Of a DNA stretch of 64,000 nt, positions 22,266-33,711 are shown one piece after another (within the stretch, counting starts at the first letter, position 1; every line of letters begins with the position of its first letter). The notes beneath the pieces were generated by a model. That model did not search any database and was not told the origin of the DNA. It saw only the letters and a list, made by a program, of their open reading frames with translations. The stretch is from Styela clava (taxonomy: Eukaryota), in NCBI RefSeq assembly GCF_964204865.1, contig NC_135264.1, positions 9,424,001 through 9,488,000 on the forward strand, in the 5' to 3' direction. Both the position numbers and the translations under genes were made by a program.

Positions 22266-25200
22266 CTAATACAATTCAAAATTATCAAATCTGGTAGGTA
22301 ATTTTGAAACACGAGTTTTTGTAACATAGGGTTTGATTTGTGAAGTACTTGGAATATCGGGTACACCACGACAAACCAAAGATTCACGTCTAGTAAAAAA
22401 GGGTTTGAGTCTATTAAAATGAACTCGAATACTAGGATGACATTTCCTAATATTTTCATCAACGGGTTCAATCAGAAAATTCTGATTTTCCAAAACTTTA
22501 ATAATTTTGTAAGGGCCATTCCATAAATACGCAATCTTAGTAGTTTCACCAATAGGTACAGAAGGTGTATAAAGCATTACTAAATCATTAACTTGAAAAG
22601 TATTAGTAATAGCAGTCTTATTATATTGTTTCAGGTCAAAGCGAGTATCTTTTGGTACAATTCCATAAGCCAATGTAATGGGCGGAATATCGGTCGAATC
22701 ATGTATGGCAGTATTATAAGCATAACATGCCAAGGGTAAAACCAGATCCCAATCTAATTTTTTAGAAATCGTCAAATGTGACAAAATCTGTAACAACGTT
22801 CTTTGACACCTTTCTGTACATCCGTTACCCATTGGATGAAAAGAAGTCGTTAGGGTTTTCTTAATGCCATACTCGTTACACATATCTTTAAAAAAAAAAC
22901 TTTTCAAAATTCGAACCTAAATCAGAATGCAAAGTTTTCGGCGGGGTATGATTACAAATCCACTCCGATACAAATAAAGGTGTTATCGTACCAGCTTTTT
23001 GGTCGGGAATTGCTACACAACGTAAAAATCTACTAAAGTTGTCAATCATAGATAAAATATACTTATTGCCGGAATTGCTCTTTGATATTGTGATAACATC
23101 ACAACTTATCCGCTCGTTAATGCCACTCAAAACTGTTGGAATCAGATGTGCTTTACGAGCAGGAACTGGATTTTTCCTAGACTGACAGTTCAAACAAGAT
23201 TTAACAAAATCATTTACGTCATCATACAATGAATGCCAATAATGAAATTGCATTGCTCTTAAACGAGTCTTTCTAATACCAAAATGTCCTGAAGTACTTT
23301 TGTCATGCACATGATGAAGTACTAAGGGTATCAAAACTTTGGGAACCACGATTCTATAAGAATCTTTTCCAAGGGCTGAATCTCCAAAACGTCTATACAA
23401 TACGTCATCAATGATTTTCAAATCATCAAATTTTGACCATAAGGTTTTCGAATCTGGGGAAAAAATTCTCAATCTCATCTATTTCAGGTCTTAATTTATT
23501 TTCCATCCAGCACAATACAACAGAAATGTCTGGATCTGCCTGTTGGTGTCTCATTATATAATGATTATCAAGAACACAAGTATCTGCTACTGAAACTTCA
23601 TGAATTTTAGTTTGGGGAATTCTAGACAAGGCATCGGCATTGCCATGCAATCTACCAGGTCTAACAATTACATCAAAATTATATTCGGCAAGAATATCTC
23701 GCCACCTACAAAACAATCTACAGGAACCTTTAAAAGATTTTAACCATTGTAACGAGGCATGATCTGTACGTATAGTAAATTTCTTTCCAAGCAAGTAAGT
23801 TCGAAAATGTTGGACAAGTACACAATAGCATACAGTTCTTGCTTGGTTGGGGAATAATTTCTCTGGGCTTTATTAAGAGCCAGACTACCATACGCAATGA
23901 TGCGCAATTCGCCATTTTGATTATGACTTAAAACTGCTCCAATAGCTGTAATCGAAGCATCACAATCTAAAACATACGTATCCTCCATTTTATCTGAAGG
24001 AAATGCTAAAATGGGTAGAGAAGTAAATTTTTCTTTCAACAAATGAAATGCTTCATCAGCTTCTGAAAACCATACGAAAGTCTGTAAATTCTTAGAAGTT
24101 AGTTTGTACAATACATCAGCAATGTGTGAAAATGATTTAACAAAGCGCTTATAATACGTGAAAAATCCTAAAAATGATTTCAATTCAGTTACATTCTTTG
24201 GCACAGGCCAATTTTTTACAGCAGTGATTTTCTCAGGGTCTGAAGAAACACCTACACTACTTACAACATGACCAAGAAATTTTACTTTACTACACAAAAA
24301 CTTCAATTTGCCGACATTGAGTTTCAATCTCGCGAAACGAATCCGCTCAAAAACACGGCAAATTCTGAACTTCAATTCAGTCAAATTTGAAGCATACACA
24401 ACTAGGTCATCTAAGTAGCAAACACAAATTTTATATTCCAATCCTTTCAACATACGTCTCATTAGTTTAACAAAAACAGCAGGGGCTGAAGTCAAACCAA
24501 ATGGAAGTACATTAAACAGGTACTGTGAAGTAGATGTAACAAAACTTGTTTTATATTTGTCCTTCTCTGCAATAGGAATTTGGTAATAGCCAGAAGTAAA
24601 ATCTAGACAACAAAAATATTTAGCACCACCTAGGGCATCTAAAACATCGTCAATTCTAGGTAAGGGTGTATTCTGTTTCACTGTAACGTCATTCAAAAAT
24701 CTATAATCACAACATATTCTAAGGGAACCATTCTTCTTCCTTACGTGTACAATAGGACAAGAAAATGGACTTTCACACTCTTGAATTATACCATTATCTA
24801 GCAATTCTTGTATTTGCCTTTTAATTTCACCTCTAAATGCATGTGGCTCACGCCTTGGAGGTAAACGAATCGGTCCCCCGACCGTTGGAATTTCATGTTC
24901 ACATAAATTTGTTCTACCCAGATCCCATGGACTAGAAGACATGATATCTAAATTATGTTCAAGAAAAGTATACCATTCCTCCTTCTCCTCAGGAGTTAAT
25001 TTCACATCATCGAAAGATACTTTCGAACGAAAATCTGAAAACTTTTCTTTTAAACTACTTATCTCAGGGGAATTCTTTTTCGTGCTCTCGGTCACGTTAA
25101 TATTGCAACAAGAGTGACCCGCATTGTGTTCAACAAGAATCCAGTCATTGGGCGAAGCATTAAAAGCATCACCCGAACCTATTACAGGTGTAAATTCACC

Positions 25201-26100
25201 AAGTAATTGATTTATATTTACTTTCAATGAGAACGGTCCTGGGTTCATAATACGAACCGGTATTTGCGCATCAATAGAATAAGAAACAAAGTTTGAAATA
25301 AGGGCCGACTCTTTTTGCTGCAAGGGAAGTCTATTTTCAAAATAACCAAAAATACGGGTCGGCACAATACCACTTGACTCATCAGAAGACACAGATTGCA
25401 AATTAGTCTCGATAATATTATTGGTGCTTATATCTGTGTCATTATAATCATCACCCATCAGACTTCCCATTAGGACGACAGTTTCAGATGGTCGGATTAC
25501 GACTTCATCTATTGACGACACTTTGTAAGTGCGTCTTGGATATGGGGTAGGTTCACATGTAAAATAAACGCAGCTATGCCCAATCTTAAGACTACAGTCA
25601 TTGTAATCTAGAATGCAGGAATACTTATTAAGGAAATCGTTTCCTAACAGTATCTTCTCGACATTAGCTAATCAATCAATTAATTATTATTATTGGTATT
25701 CGCATTTCGGCACAGGCACCGTCACATAACTTCTAAATGTTTTTGTATTAATCACGACTTTCACTCATCAAAATATTTACAACATGAGTTACATGACAAG
25801 TAAGCTTTGCCCGTGAAATTTATTTTCTCGTGATTATGTACTCTGTTCTTTAATTTATTCTAGTATGATTGTCTTGGTGTGTTTCACGTGTGTGAATGTG
25901 GGTGAATGGGCATAATCGCTGGTTACAGCGTTCGTTATAAACCTTTATATAGGTTTTGCCCATTTTCCCGATCTTTCAGTTGACCTTGTCTGTGTTCTTT
26001 TTATTTGTGTTGTAGACGAAAGATCGAAATAAAAAAATAAATTACCCCTAATGTCTCCTGTTACAAAAAACATGTGATAGTCGTCTATACTTCCAATACG
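22266..26100 (-). pseudogene. pol: Gypsy pol (protease remnant, RT, RNase H, integrase with GPY/F motif) with three frameshifts and a disrupted protease
   Basis: Protease C-terminal motif ILLGNDFL near 25630-25655. RT motifs LDFTSGYYQI, LPFGL and YLDD. RNase H DCDAS and TDHASL. Integrase HHCC (H..SGHFG..CLNC), D..D(SDLG)..E(ER) and WNGPYKI. Frame changes near 23815, 23462 and 22902. Confidence 0.93.
25672..26040 (+). mobile_element. Foreign ~370-bp insert replacing the protease core; probable 3' end of a non-LTR retroelement
   Basis: The pol reading frame is lost between ..FVTGDIRGN (26041) and LANVEKILLGNDFL (25671). The insert ends in AAATAAAAAAATAA and is preceded by stem-loops at 25905-25964. 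Confidence 0.55.
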
Positions 26101-26152
26101 AATACGTATTCATTTACAGGCCGTTCATTTGATTCGGGATTTACCTTGGAAT

Positions 26153-27485
26153 CTATTTCTCGGGTTGGTGACTGGCCTCGTTCCCCAACCCTTCCGTGTT
26201 TAACACTGTGTTAACATCGGATTTGGACTGTTTATCATCCTTAATCTTTATATTCTTCTTCTGTAAAGCAAAACAATTCTCATCTATGTGGTTAGTCTTT
26301 CTACAATAACTACAACCATCGCGATTTCGAGGTTCTTGTGTGCCGAAGAAACCTCCACGGCCACCCCGACCTCTGTTACATGATCCACGGCCTCGGCGGT
26401 CATTTTGTTTACCGCGATAGTTTTGGCGTCTGGAATCGCCACTACCGCTATATCTTTGCTTTGAGCTCATCGCATTGATTTGGCGAGTTTTGTGAATCAT
26501 TAGATCCACATAATTATATGCAAACTGTTTCGTATTAGCAGCCCTCTCCATTAGACATTTAACATAAACACGAAAAGACGTATTCATAGGTCCAACCATA
26601 TCTAAAAATTCTTTAGCTCTTTTATTTCTAAGGCCATACTTTAATTGTTGGCACAGTATATCTTCTGTAGTTGGTGTTTTACCATATGCCAAATAACCCA
26701 AATGTTCGAGATCCTGAGCATACGCATTATAGCTTTAGCCAACCTGCTGTATGCGATCTCTAAATTTCTGGTGGGGACTAGTTTCACCAGCGGTACCAGA
26801 AAACATCCCTAGCTTCGGTATAAGATAGACTAGCATTAAACCGAAGTGCAAATTTATTCGGATCATCCCCGTCATGAAAACCCCTAATACTACGGTTAAG
26901 GGTTTTTGTTGCTAAATGAGCAATTTGATAATCTTCCCGTGTAACATCAGGACGACGTCCCTCGACCCCCGGTACAAATTGTACATACGGTTGTTGAATA
27001 GGTTGTTGTTGGGGGGCGGGCTGTTGGGACCCCTGGTAAAATGGATATTGCGGAGAAACCATAGGAGGGTTACTAGGGAAATAAGGAGCATAATTCTGAC
27101 AATACATTCGATACGGAATATTCCCATAAAACATATTTGGTAGTTGACTACTAGGATAAGCAACACCAGCCAAGGAGGTTGAATTAACGGGTTTAGATAG
27201 GGTGGTAACAATGGTAGTATGGTTACTCCTAACACTTGTTGTTACGCCAGTAGCAAAACCAGAAAAAGTAACAAAAGGGTTAGACATACTTGATACGATA
27301 ATTTCTCCTTCTGAAGTCGCACCAGAAGTTGACGGAATATCTTCATCTTTTGATTGGTTCATTATTTTACGTGGAATTGTTTTTTTGTTGCGTCGATGTG
27401 GAGTGACAGTTATTGAAGTACTCGAAATATAAGTACTTGTAGTTGTTTCGAGAATGTTCTGGAGATTTCTGCTGCGCAATTCCAT
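26153..27485 (-). pseudogene. gag: Gypsy gag, frameshifted
   Basis: ORFs 26784..27497 and 26153..26701 lie downstream of the PBS. RG/RGG-rich segment followed by the CCHC zinc knuckle CSYCRKTNHIDENC. Confidence 0.85.
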
Positions 27486-27861
27486 AAACCACAACAAATA
27501 TTAGAAAAGTCTGTCACTGTCCAGTTCGTCGTTTATCATTGCACTAATTGTTCAAGTGTTCTACAACCAAGTAACGGAATGTGATTTGATGAAGCGAATT
27601 GTCCAACTCATTTGAAGTTGTCTCGACTCTCGGGCAATGTGATTATTAACGCGATGATTATGCTGATAGCAATCGGTGTTTTGGTTGTTGAGTTGACGCA
27701 ATCTTCTGTTGTGTCTGCAAGACCAGAGAACTGAAGGTTGATTAGAGTTCTTCAAGATTTCCGAGTCCCGTAGTCTGGTAGTACTCGCCTTCTTGTATTA
27801 CTGTATTAAGCAAACTCAATATCAAACTTTGAATAGTCAATAGTCGTCATCCACGCTCTTA

Positions 27862-27875
27862 CAACGCTGCCACCA
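27862..27875 (-). other. Primer-binding site, probably tRNA-Leu
   Basis: Minus-strand TGGTGGCAGCGTTG starts 3 nt after the 5' LTR. It is complementary to the ...CGCUGCCACCA 3' end I recall for metazoan tRNA-Leu(AAG/UAG). Confidence 0.75.
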
Positions 27876-27878
27876 ATT

Positions 27879-28420
27879 TGTAACGTAGCGGGGTTTTTAG
27901 GCGATGGCGTTCGACGGTGATACACTGTGTAGAAAAGACCGTCTACTTCCTCGCTAAACGACAGCTTAATTGACTTTTGAATACTGGCAAATACTCGGCT
28001 ATTCTGTTGCCCCAGTCCACAGGTTCACACGATAAACAGTTAAGAAATATTCACGGTGCACTTTTGTATTCAACGCTAGGATACGATACCCAGTCATCCA
28101 GGGGTCGGTCGCTTCGCTACCCGCGAGGGGAAATGTAAAGAAATGTGTTTAGAAAGGTAAAAAGTAGGTGTTTGTTCTGATTTTGTTGGAAGACCCTGGT
28201 CGTTGCGCCGGACGAATGGCGGCATTCGTCCGGCGCAGTGCCCCCGACCTTTTTAGTAGTTTAAATACCAAGGTCTGAGAACATAAAAGAACAGTCTGTC
28301 CGATGCAACAGACAACGACTAAAAAAGAACAAGTAATCAAAAACACGTGGCAACACAACAAATGCGCAACGCATAAGCGCCACACAGTGGAATGAACGTA
28401 AGACTACGTATTACGTTACA
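27879..28420 (-). repeat. 5' LTR (542 bp) with TATA-like box and hairpin
   Basis: TGTAACGTA...TACGTTACA ends. Minus-strand TATTTAAA at 28260-28267. Perfect 15-bp stem at 28204-28237. Confidence 0.95.
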
Positions 28421-30374
28421 AACGTAATTAGTGTTTCATGTTATCTGAAATTTGAATAAGTAAGTTTCAGTATGGACGTTTCCACCAGAATCGATTTCTT
28501 TCCTTAATTCCGTAACAATGATCAATCAGCAAAGAGTTAACAATGACAAAACAATCAAAATTTGTTCAACCACTCAGACAGATATCCAAACATCGTTGTA
28601 AGCATTGCTTTGTTTTCGTTGTTTTGCGCGTTACTTTTCAGTTCCAATTATGTTTTCAAATACTAGTTTTGAATCAAATCCCTTAACATTTCTAGAAGCT
28701 TTAGTTTAGTCGCAATAATCAAAAATTAGTCCCGCAGACGCTGCTACACAATAGCTGAACCTGTAAGCGGCACCAGGTTAAATAAGTTTTAATAAAAATG
28801 ATGTTTTTAAACACGTAAACCAGATTGTAAGCGTCAACTATGCAGAACACTCTCAAAATCAGCATAATTTTTTTGCTAAAGTAGAGGGAGAATGCCCTCA
28901 GGTAGCGAATGAACGTTACCCCAAAAAGCCCCCCCCCCCCCCCATTAGTCGGATGTTTTATTCATTCGAACCCCAGTCACGACCTGAAGCTGAGAAAAAA
29001 TGTATACTTGGCATATATTTACCGATTTCAGAATAACCAATACAAAATTTCAAATACGAAACAAGAGCCACAATACTTTGAATGAAGACAACCGAGATTC
29101 TATTATTCTTTGGAATCATTTTTCGAAATAAGTTATTTGGGGTGTGATATTATTTCAAATAATCCCAGTGCAAAAAATGTATATATAATACTCTAATACT
29201 TTCTACAGTACACACATATTTGATCTTAAGATATAAGCAAAGATACCGCAAATTAATTTAAACTTGGATAGCAAATCGGATTTGAGGACTCTGTTCACTT
29301 CCAATATAAAGAAAAATATACTATCAACGTGTGTGGTTGCCAGACCAAACTCGCTGTCAAGCCGATTGACTCAAGCGTCGGTCGCGCGTCTTTTCATCCG
29401 GTGTCTGGGTGTGGGCGTCTTTTTAGCGTAATGTATTATTATCAAAGTAGAAGTATAACTATAAAACTTTTTGTCTGTATAGTTATACGCGAGAATTACT
29501 AGCGTTCATTATTAGGTACCGGTTCGCTCGCTGAATCGACAAAACTCTTCTCCGTGACCTACAGTAACATCAGAACATCAAACCATACGGTACCTGTATA
29601 CCAGAATACAGTGTTATCATTTTATTTTAAAAAGTGAAAACCGCACCATTCAGCTATTATAGCAGTATTTCCGTATATGGCATGAAATCGCTGTGTTTTT
29701 AAGTTGCTGCTATTTCTATTTTTGTCGCACGTCAGTAAATAGCTGTTCGACAATGACTCATAATAGACACGCGCATCTTTTGCATTGACGTGAATGTTAC
29801 AGCATTGTTTTACGTATGAGTCAACATTCGCCATACTTTGCAGCGTGAATACAGCTACATGGTATTAAATGTATAGGTACCTTATGCTGGTATCGATAAA
29901 TGATGTGGTTATCAGGTTAAGTAAATTTTGAAGTATCCATACTACAGTATTACATAGATTACTGTACTGTGTTATGAAGCTGGCGTTAGATAAGCTAATT
30001 CCTGAATTCTGTGATTTGAGTATTCAAAGAGATGTGGTTATGTTTACTGTTGTGATTTAGAATGGCAATTACTGAATTATCATAGCAAACTAATAAATGA
30101 AAGGTTTTAGTGCTGTATATGCACAGATGTAATGTTGGTTATGCTATTGGTTTTACCTTCCCTCATCAAGTCTCGATACTGCTAAACATAATATAATTTG
30201 GTATTAACAATTTAAGCTCACTATAGCAGTGATTAAAATAAACATGATTTCATCGATTTCTGGGTAATTAAGATCAAATAATATTAAAAATGAATTTGTA
30301 CAATTGCTTTCAGTTATTGTAAAACATAAATAGATTATATTATCACAATTATAAAATAGTTACGAACAGAGGTG

Positions 30375-31877
30375 ATGGCTACAAGTGAACGAATGTTAAA
30401 TTACAAAAACCGAGCAAAATCTGACAAAGACGAAGTTAGACGTAAACGTGAAGCTGAAGGAATACAACTCAGAAAGCAGAAACGAGATGAACAAGTATTT
30501 AAAAGACGTAATTTGACCCCTGAAGATTTGATAGATGACCCCACTGCTCAAATAAATTCTGATTCCGAAGAGAAACGCCCAACACTTGAAGAACTTAAAG
30601 GTGTTTTACCAAATTTGTTATCAAAAGAACATGCTGAGCAATTGTATATTACACAAGAAGTACGTAGAATGTTATCGAAAGAGCCCAACCCCCCTATTGA
30701 TGAGGTAATACAGACAGGAGCTGTCCCAATCTTTGTTCAAATGCTTCATCGTAACGATAGTCTTGCTTTGCAATTTGAAGCAGCTTGGGCATTAACGAAT
30801 ATTGCGTCCGGTACAAATTGGCAAACTGGTGTTGTAGTAGAAGCAAATGCTGTTCAGTCATTTACTTCTCTACTTCATTCTGGCCATGTAGAAGTACAAG
30901 AACAAGCTGTGTGGGCTTTAGGTAACATATCAGGCGACGGACCTCAATTTCGTGATTATGTTTTGAACTGTGATGTCTTGCCATCTTTGCTTAAGCTTGC
31001 ACTTGTACCAAACAGACCCTCTATGACAAAAAACATAGTTTGGGCAATTTCAAATTTATGTCGTGGTAAAGTTCCACCTCCAGATTTTGAAAAAGTAAAA
31101 CATTGCTTGCCAGTATTAGCAAGATTGTTATTTCATTCGGACGCTGATATTTTGACTGATGCTTGTTGGGCTTTATCATACTTATCAGATGGTTCCAATG
31201 ATAAAATACAAGCAGTAATTGACAGTGGGGTATGTAGAAGAGTTGTAGAATTACTTTCCCATACAGAGCTGTCTGTTGTTTCAAGTGCACTTAGAACTGT
31301 GGGTAATATCGTCACAGGTGATGACGTCCAAACTCAAATTGTACTGAATTGTTCAATATTACCCGCTCTTGAAAAATTATTGACCTCACCTAAGGAATCT
31401 ATAGCAAAAGAATCATGTTGGACAATCTCTAATATTGTTGCTGGGAATAGAACACAAATTCAGCAAGTAATCAATGCAAATGTCTTCTCTACACTTATTT
31501 TTGTATTATCAACCGCTGACTTTAAAACAAGAAAAGAAGCTGCTTGGGCAATCACGAATGCAACTTCTGGTGGATCTTCAGAACAAATACGCCATCTTAT
31601 TAAACTGGGATGTATAAGTCCGCTGTGTGATTTATTATCTATTCAGGAGCCGAAGATATTATTAGTCGCACTCAGTGGATTGGATAACATTTTAAGGCTA
31701 GGGACTTTGGACGCTCAAAATCATGAAGACAATCATAATCCTTATGCTCTCATGATGGAAGAATGTAGGGGAGTTGATAAGCTGGAATACCTACAAACAC
31801 ATAGTAATCAAGAGATTTATAAAAAAGCATTTGAAATGCTTGAAACATTTTTTGCTAAGGACGATGACTTAAATTAA
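30375..31877 (+). CDS. Importin subunit alpha (alpha1 clade, KPNA1/5/6-like), 500 aa, intronless CDS
   Basis: IBB domain ([26 protein letters not shown]). ARM repeats with [37 protein letters not shown] and [15 protein letters not shown]. First ATG at 30375; likely 5'UTR acceptor TTTCAG at 30313. Confidence 0.95.
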   Translation: MATSERMLNYKNRAKSDKDEVRRKREAEGIQLRKQKRDEQVFKRRNLTPEDLIDDPTAQINSDSEEKRPTLEELKGVLPNLLSKEHAEQLYITQEVRRMLSKEPNPPIDEVIQTGAVPIFVQMLHRNDSLALQFEAAWALTNIASGTNWQTGVVVEANAVQSFTSLLHSGHVEVQEQAVWALGNISGDGPQFRDYVLNCDVLPSLLKLALVPNRPSMTKNIVWAISNLCRGKVPPPDFEKVKHCLPVLARLLFHSDADILTDACWALSYLSDGSNDKIQAVIDSGVCRRVVELLSHTELSVVSSALRTVGNIVTGDDVQTQIVLNCSILPALEKLLTSPKESIAKESCWTISNIVAGNRTQIQQVINANVFSTLIFVLSTADFKTRKEAAWAITNATSGGSSEQIRHLIKLGCISPLCDLLSIQEPKILLVALSGLDNILRLGTLDAQNHEDNHNPYALMMEECRGVDKLEYLQTHSNQEIYKKAFEMLETFFAKDDDLN

Positions 31878-32402
31878 ATATTCAAAATAAAAATTGTTTC
31901 CATATTGCTGCTGTTGGTATATCTTACACACACCGCTCTGCTCTGTGGTTTGACAGACTTCAAACCCCCTTACTTTTAAAAAAAAATGTTGCACAAATTT
32001 TGAGCTGTTTGTGTCTTGTAATAACTGACATAAACCTCTATTATTGCTGTTTCGTTCTTAGGTAGTTTCTTTGGTTATTTTTTTATCCTTTCATCCTATA
32101 TTTTTGTTTTTGTCTTATTTTATTAACAGTATCCAGAATGCCTTTTTTTTATATTTTTGCTTCATTTTTCCATAATTAGTCAAAGAAGCATTATCATGTT
32201 TTATGCTAATTATTAGTATTATGAATGTACATTGGCTTTCCTGTTTTAAACTTTATTTAAGCGTGCACAATACACTTTTAAACGTGAAATAAGCTGTTTA
32301 ATTGTTGAAAGTACAGCAGACCGAATATGAAAAGTAAAATTGTCAACAAAGTATGAAAAAGAAAGAAATAAGAGCAAAGTGATACATATGGCAGCCTACA
32401 CA

Positions 32403-33586
32403 TCACAATTCAAAAGCAGGAAATTTAGCATTGTTAGGACTGAGTAAATCGGCAAGAAAGTATGCAGCACCTGCGATTCCTTCAAACAAAGAGTAAGGTC
32501 TGTCAGGAGTGTTAAGACCATGTCTTTCTCTATACCCGCAGCACCACAGTCCGAACTGCACAGCTCTATATAAATATTTCGCATCTTTTGTGTATTTATA
32601 CAAGGCTAGGAATCCGTAACCATTACCAGATGTTCCATGGCAAATTCCATATCCTTTTTTTAAAAGTCCATGATTCCATACAGTGTCAGAAGCTTTACAA
32701 GCACTTTCAAGATATTTTTCTTCTCCAAAAATCTCATGCGCTTTCATCATAAGATAAACACCCCCGGGTGCACCATGACACCAATGTATTAATCTGTCAT
32801 TATCGCTGCCAAAGGAGGATGGAAAATTTCCAGATGGGTATTGGATTCCAAGTACAAAATCTATTGTCGATTTAATATCATCTTGATAAGTTTGGTAATT
32901 TGTACAGAGCAGGGTATATAAAATCCCAATGTATCCATGTGCTGCACCAATATATTCTGAACCATGCCATGCATAAGACAAAGCTGCAGATTGTTTATTT
33001 GATGCAGTTAATTTTCCAGATTCAATTATACTGTGTATGACTCGATTAATGGCTTCATCTTTTATACCAGAATTTTCAACATGTTTTCTAACATAAAGCA
33101 GAGAATATAAATACCCAGCCCGCCCATACAGCATTTCGTCATATATTTCTTGGTCTAGGGGTAGCACCGACTCTAACATGGCCAATAAATTATTTACACA
33201 TGTCTTGGAATCTTCTTTACGACCTAAAGTATGATATACCACTGCTCCAATAGCTAGTGGTCCTGCATCACCACAGAGAAAAGTCATTCTTCTTCCTTTT
33301 AAACGCTTCAGAGCAGATGCTATATATTTTTGGGCAGTCTCGATGTACTTTTCGTCTTGAAAAATCTTGTACAAATGCAAGTATAGTAAAGCATACCCAC
33401 TAATCCCAGTATACACAGATATATCATTCTTTTCAAAAGAATGTGATGCTCTTTCTATGTCATGAACCATTTGCAGCAATGCTAGACACTTTCTTTAATG
33501 TTTGCATTCTCCCCGTTACCTACAATAATATCTTCAAGTTTCTCACAGCCAACAAATTCATTATCAAAAAACCTCGTTTTACTCAT
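32403..33586 (-). CDS. LanC-like protein (LANCL1/2 type), ~394 aa, intronless CDS, one apparent 1-nt frameshift near 33490
   Basis: Motifs SVYTG..G, FLCGDAG, DEMLYGRAGYL, YIGAAHG, HWCHGAPG, GICHG and PDRPYSLFEG..FPAFEL; Zn ligands Cys/Cys/His intact. ATG at 33586 (MSKTRFFDNEF, preceded by TTTTCCAG) joins ORF 32403..33479 if one A is added. Confidence 0.9.
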
Positions 33587-33679
33587 CCTGGAAAACTTGG
33601 GCCGCGCTGACTGAGCCTAAAGGCATAAAGGGGAGATTTTAGGGTCTGCAGTCTGAACCAAAGTTTCCTTCAGTCGAAG

Positions 33680-33711
33680 CAAAGTGACTATAAAATACTA
33701 TAGTCACTTTG
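33680..33711. mobile_element. 32-bp inverted-repeat insertion with 8-bp TSD; probable transposon excision footprint
   Basis: AGTCGAAG|CAAAGTGACTATA-AAATAC-TATAGTCACTTTG|AGTCGAAG, with the direct repeats at 33672-33679 and 33712-33719. Confidence 0.8.

Larger units (their letters stand above)
21616..28420 (-). mobile_element. Ty3/Gypsy LTR retrotransposon, full-length (6805 bp) but defective
   Basis: Two TG...CA LTRs with terminal inverted repeat TGTAACGTA/TACGTTACA. 4-bp TSD AACG at 21612-21615 and 28421-28424. PBS and PPT are present. Internal order on the minus strand is gag-PR-RT-RH-INT. Confidence 0.97.

Noticed and set aside
32403-33586. LanC domain as a sign of a lanthipeptide cluster or horizontal transfer
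   Set aside because: The sequence is of the ordinary eukaryotic LANCL type (FPAFEL end). There is no LanB/LanM, precursor peptide or transporter, and the neighbours are animal genes.
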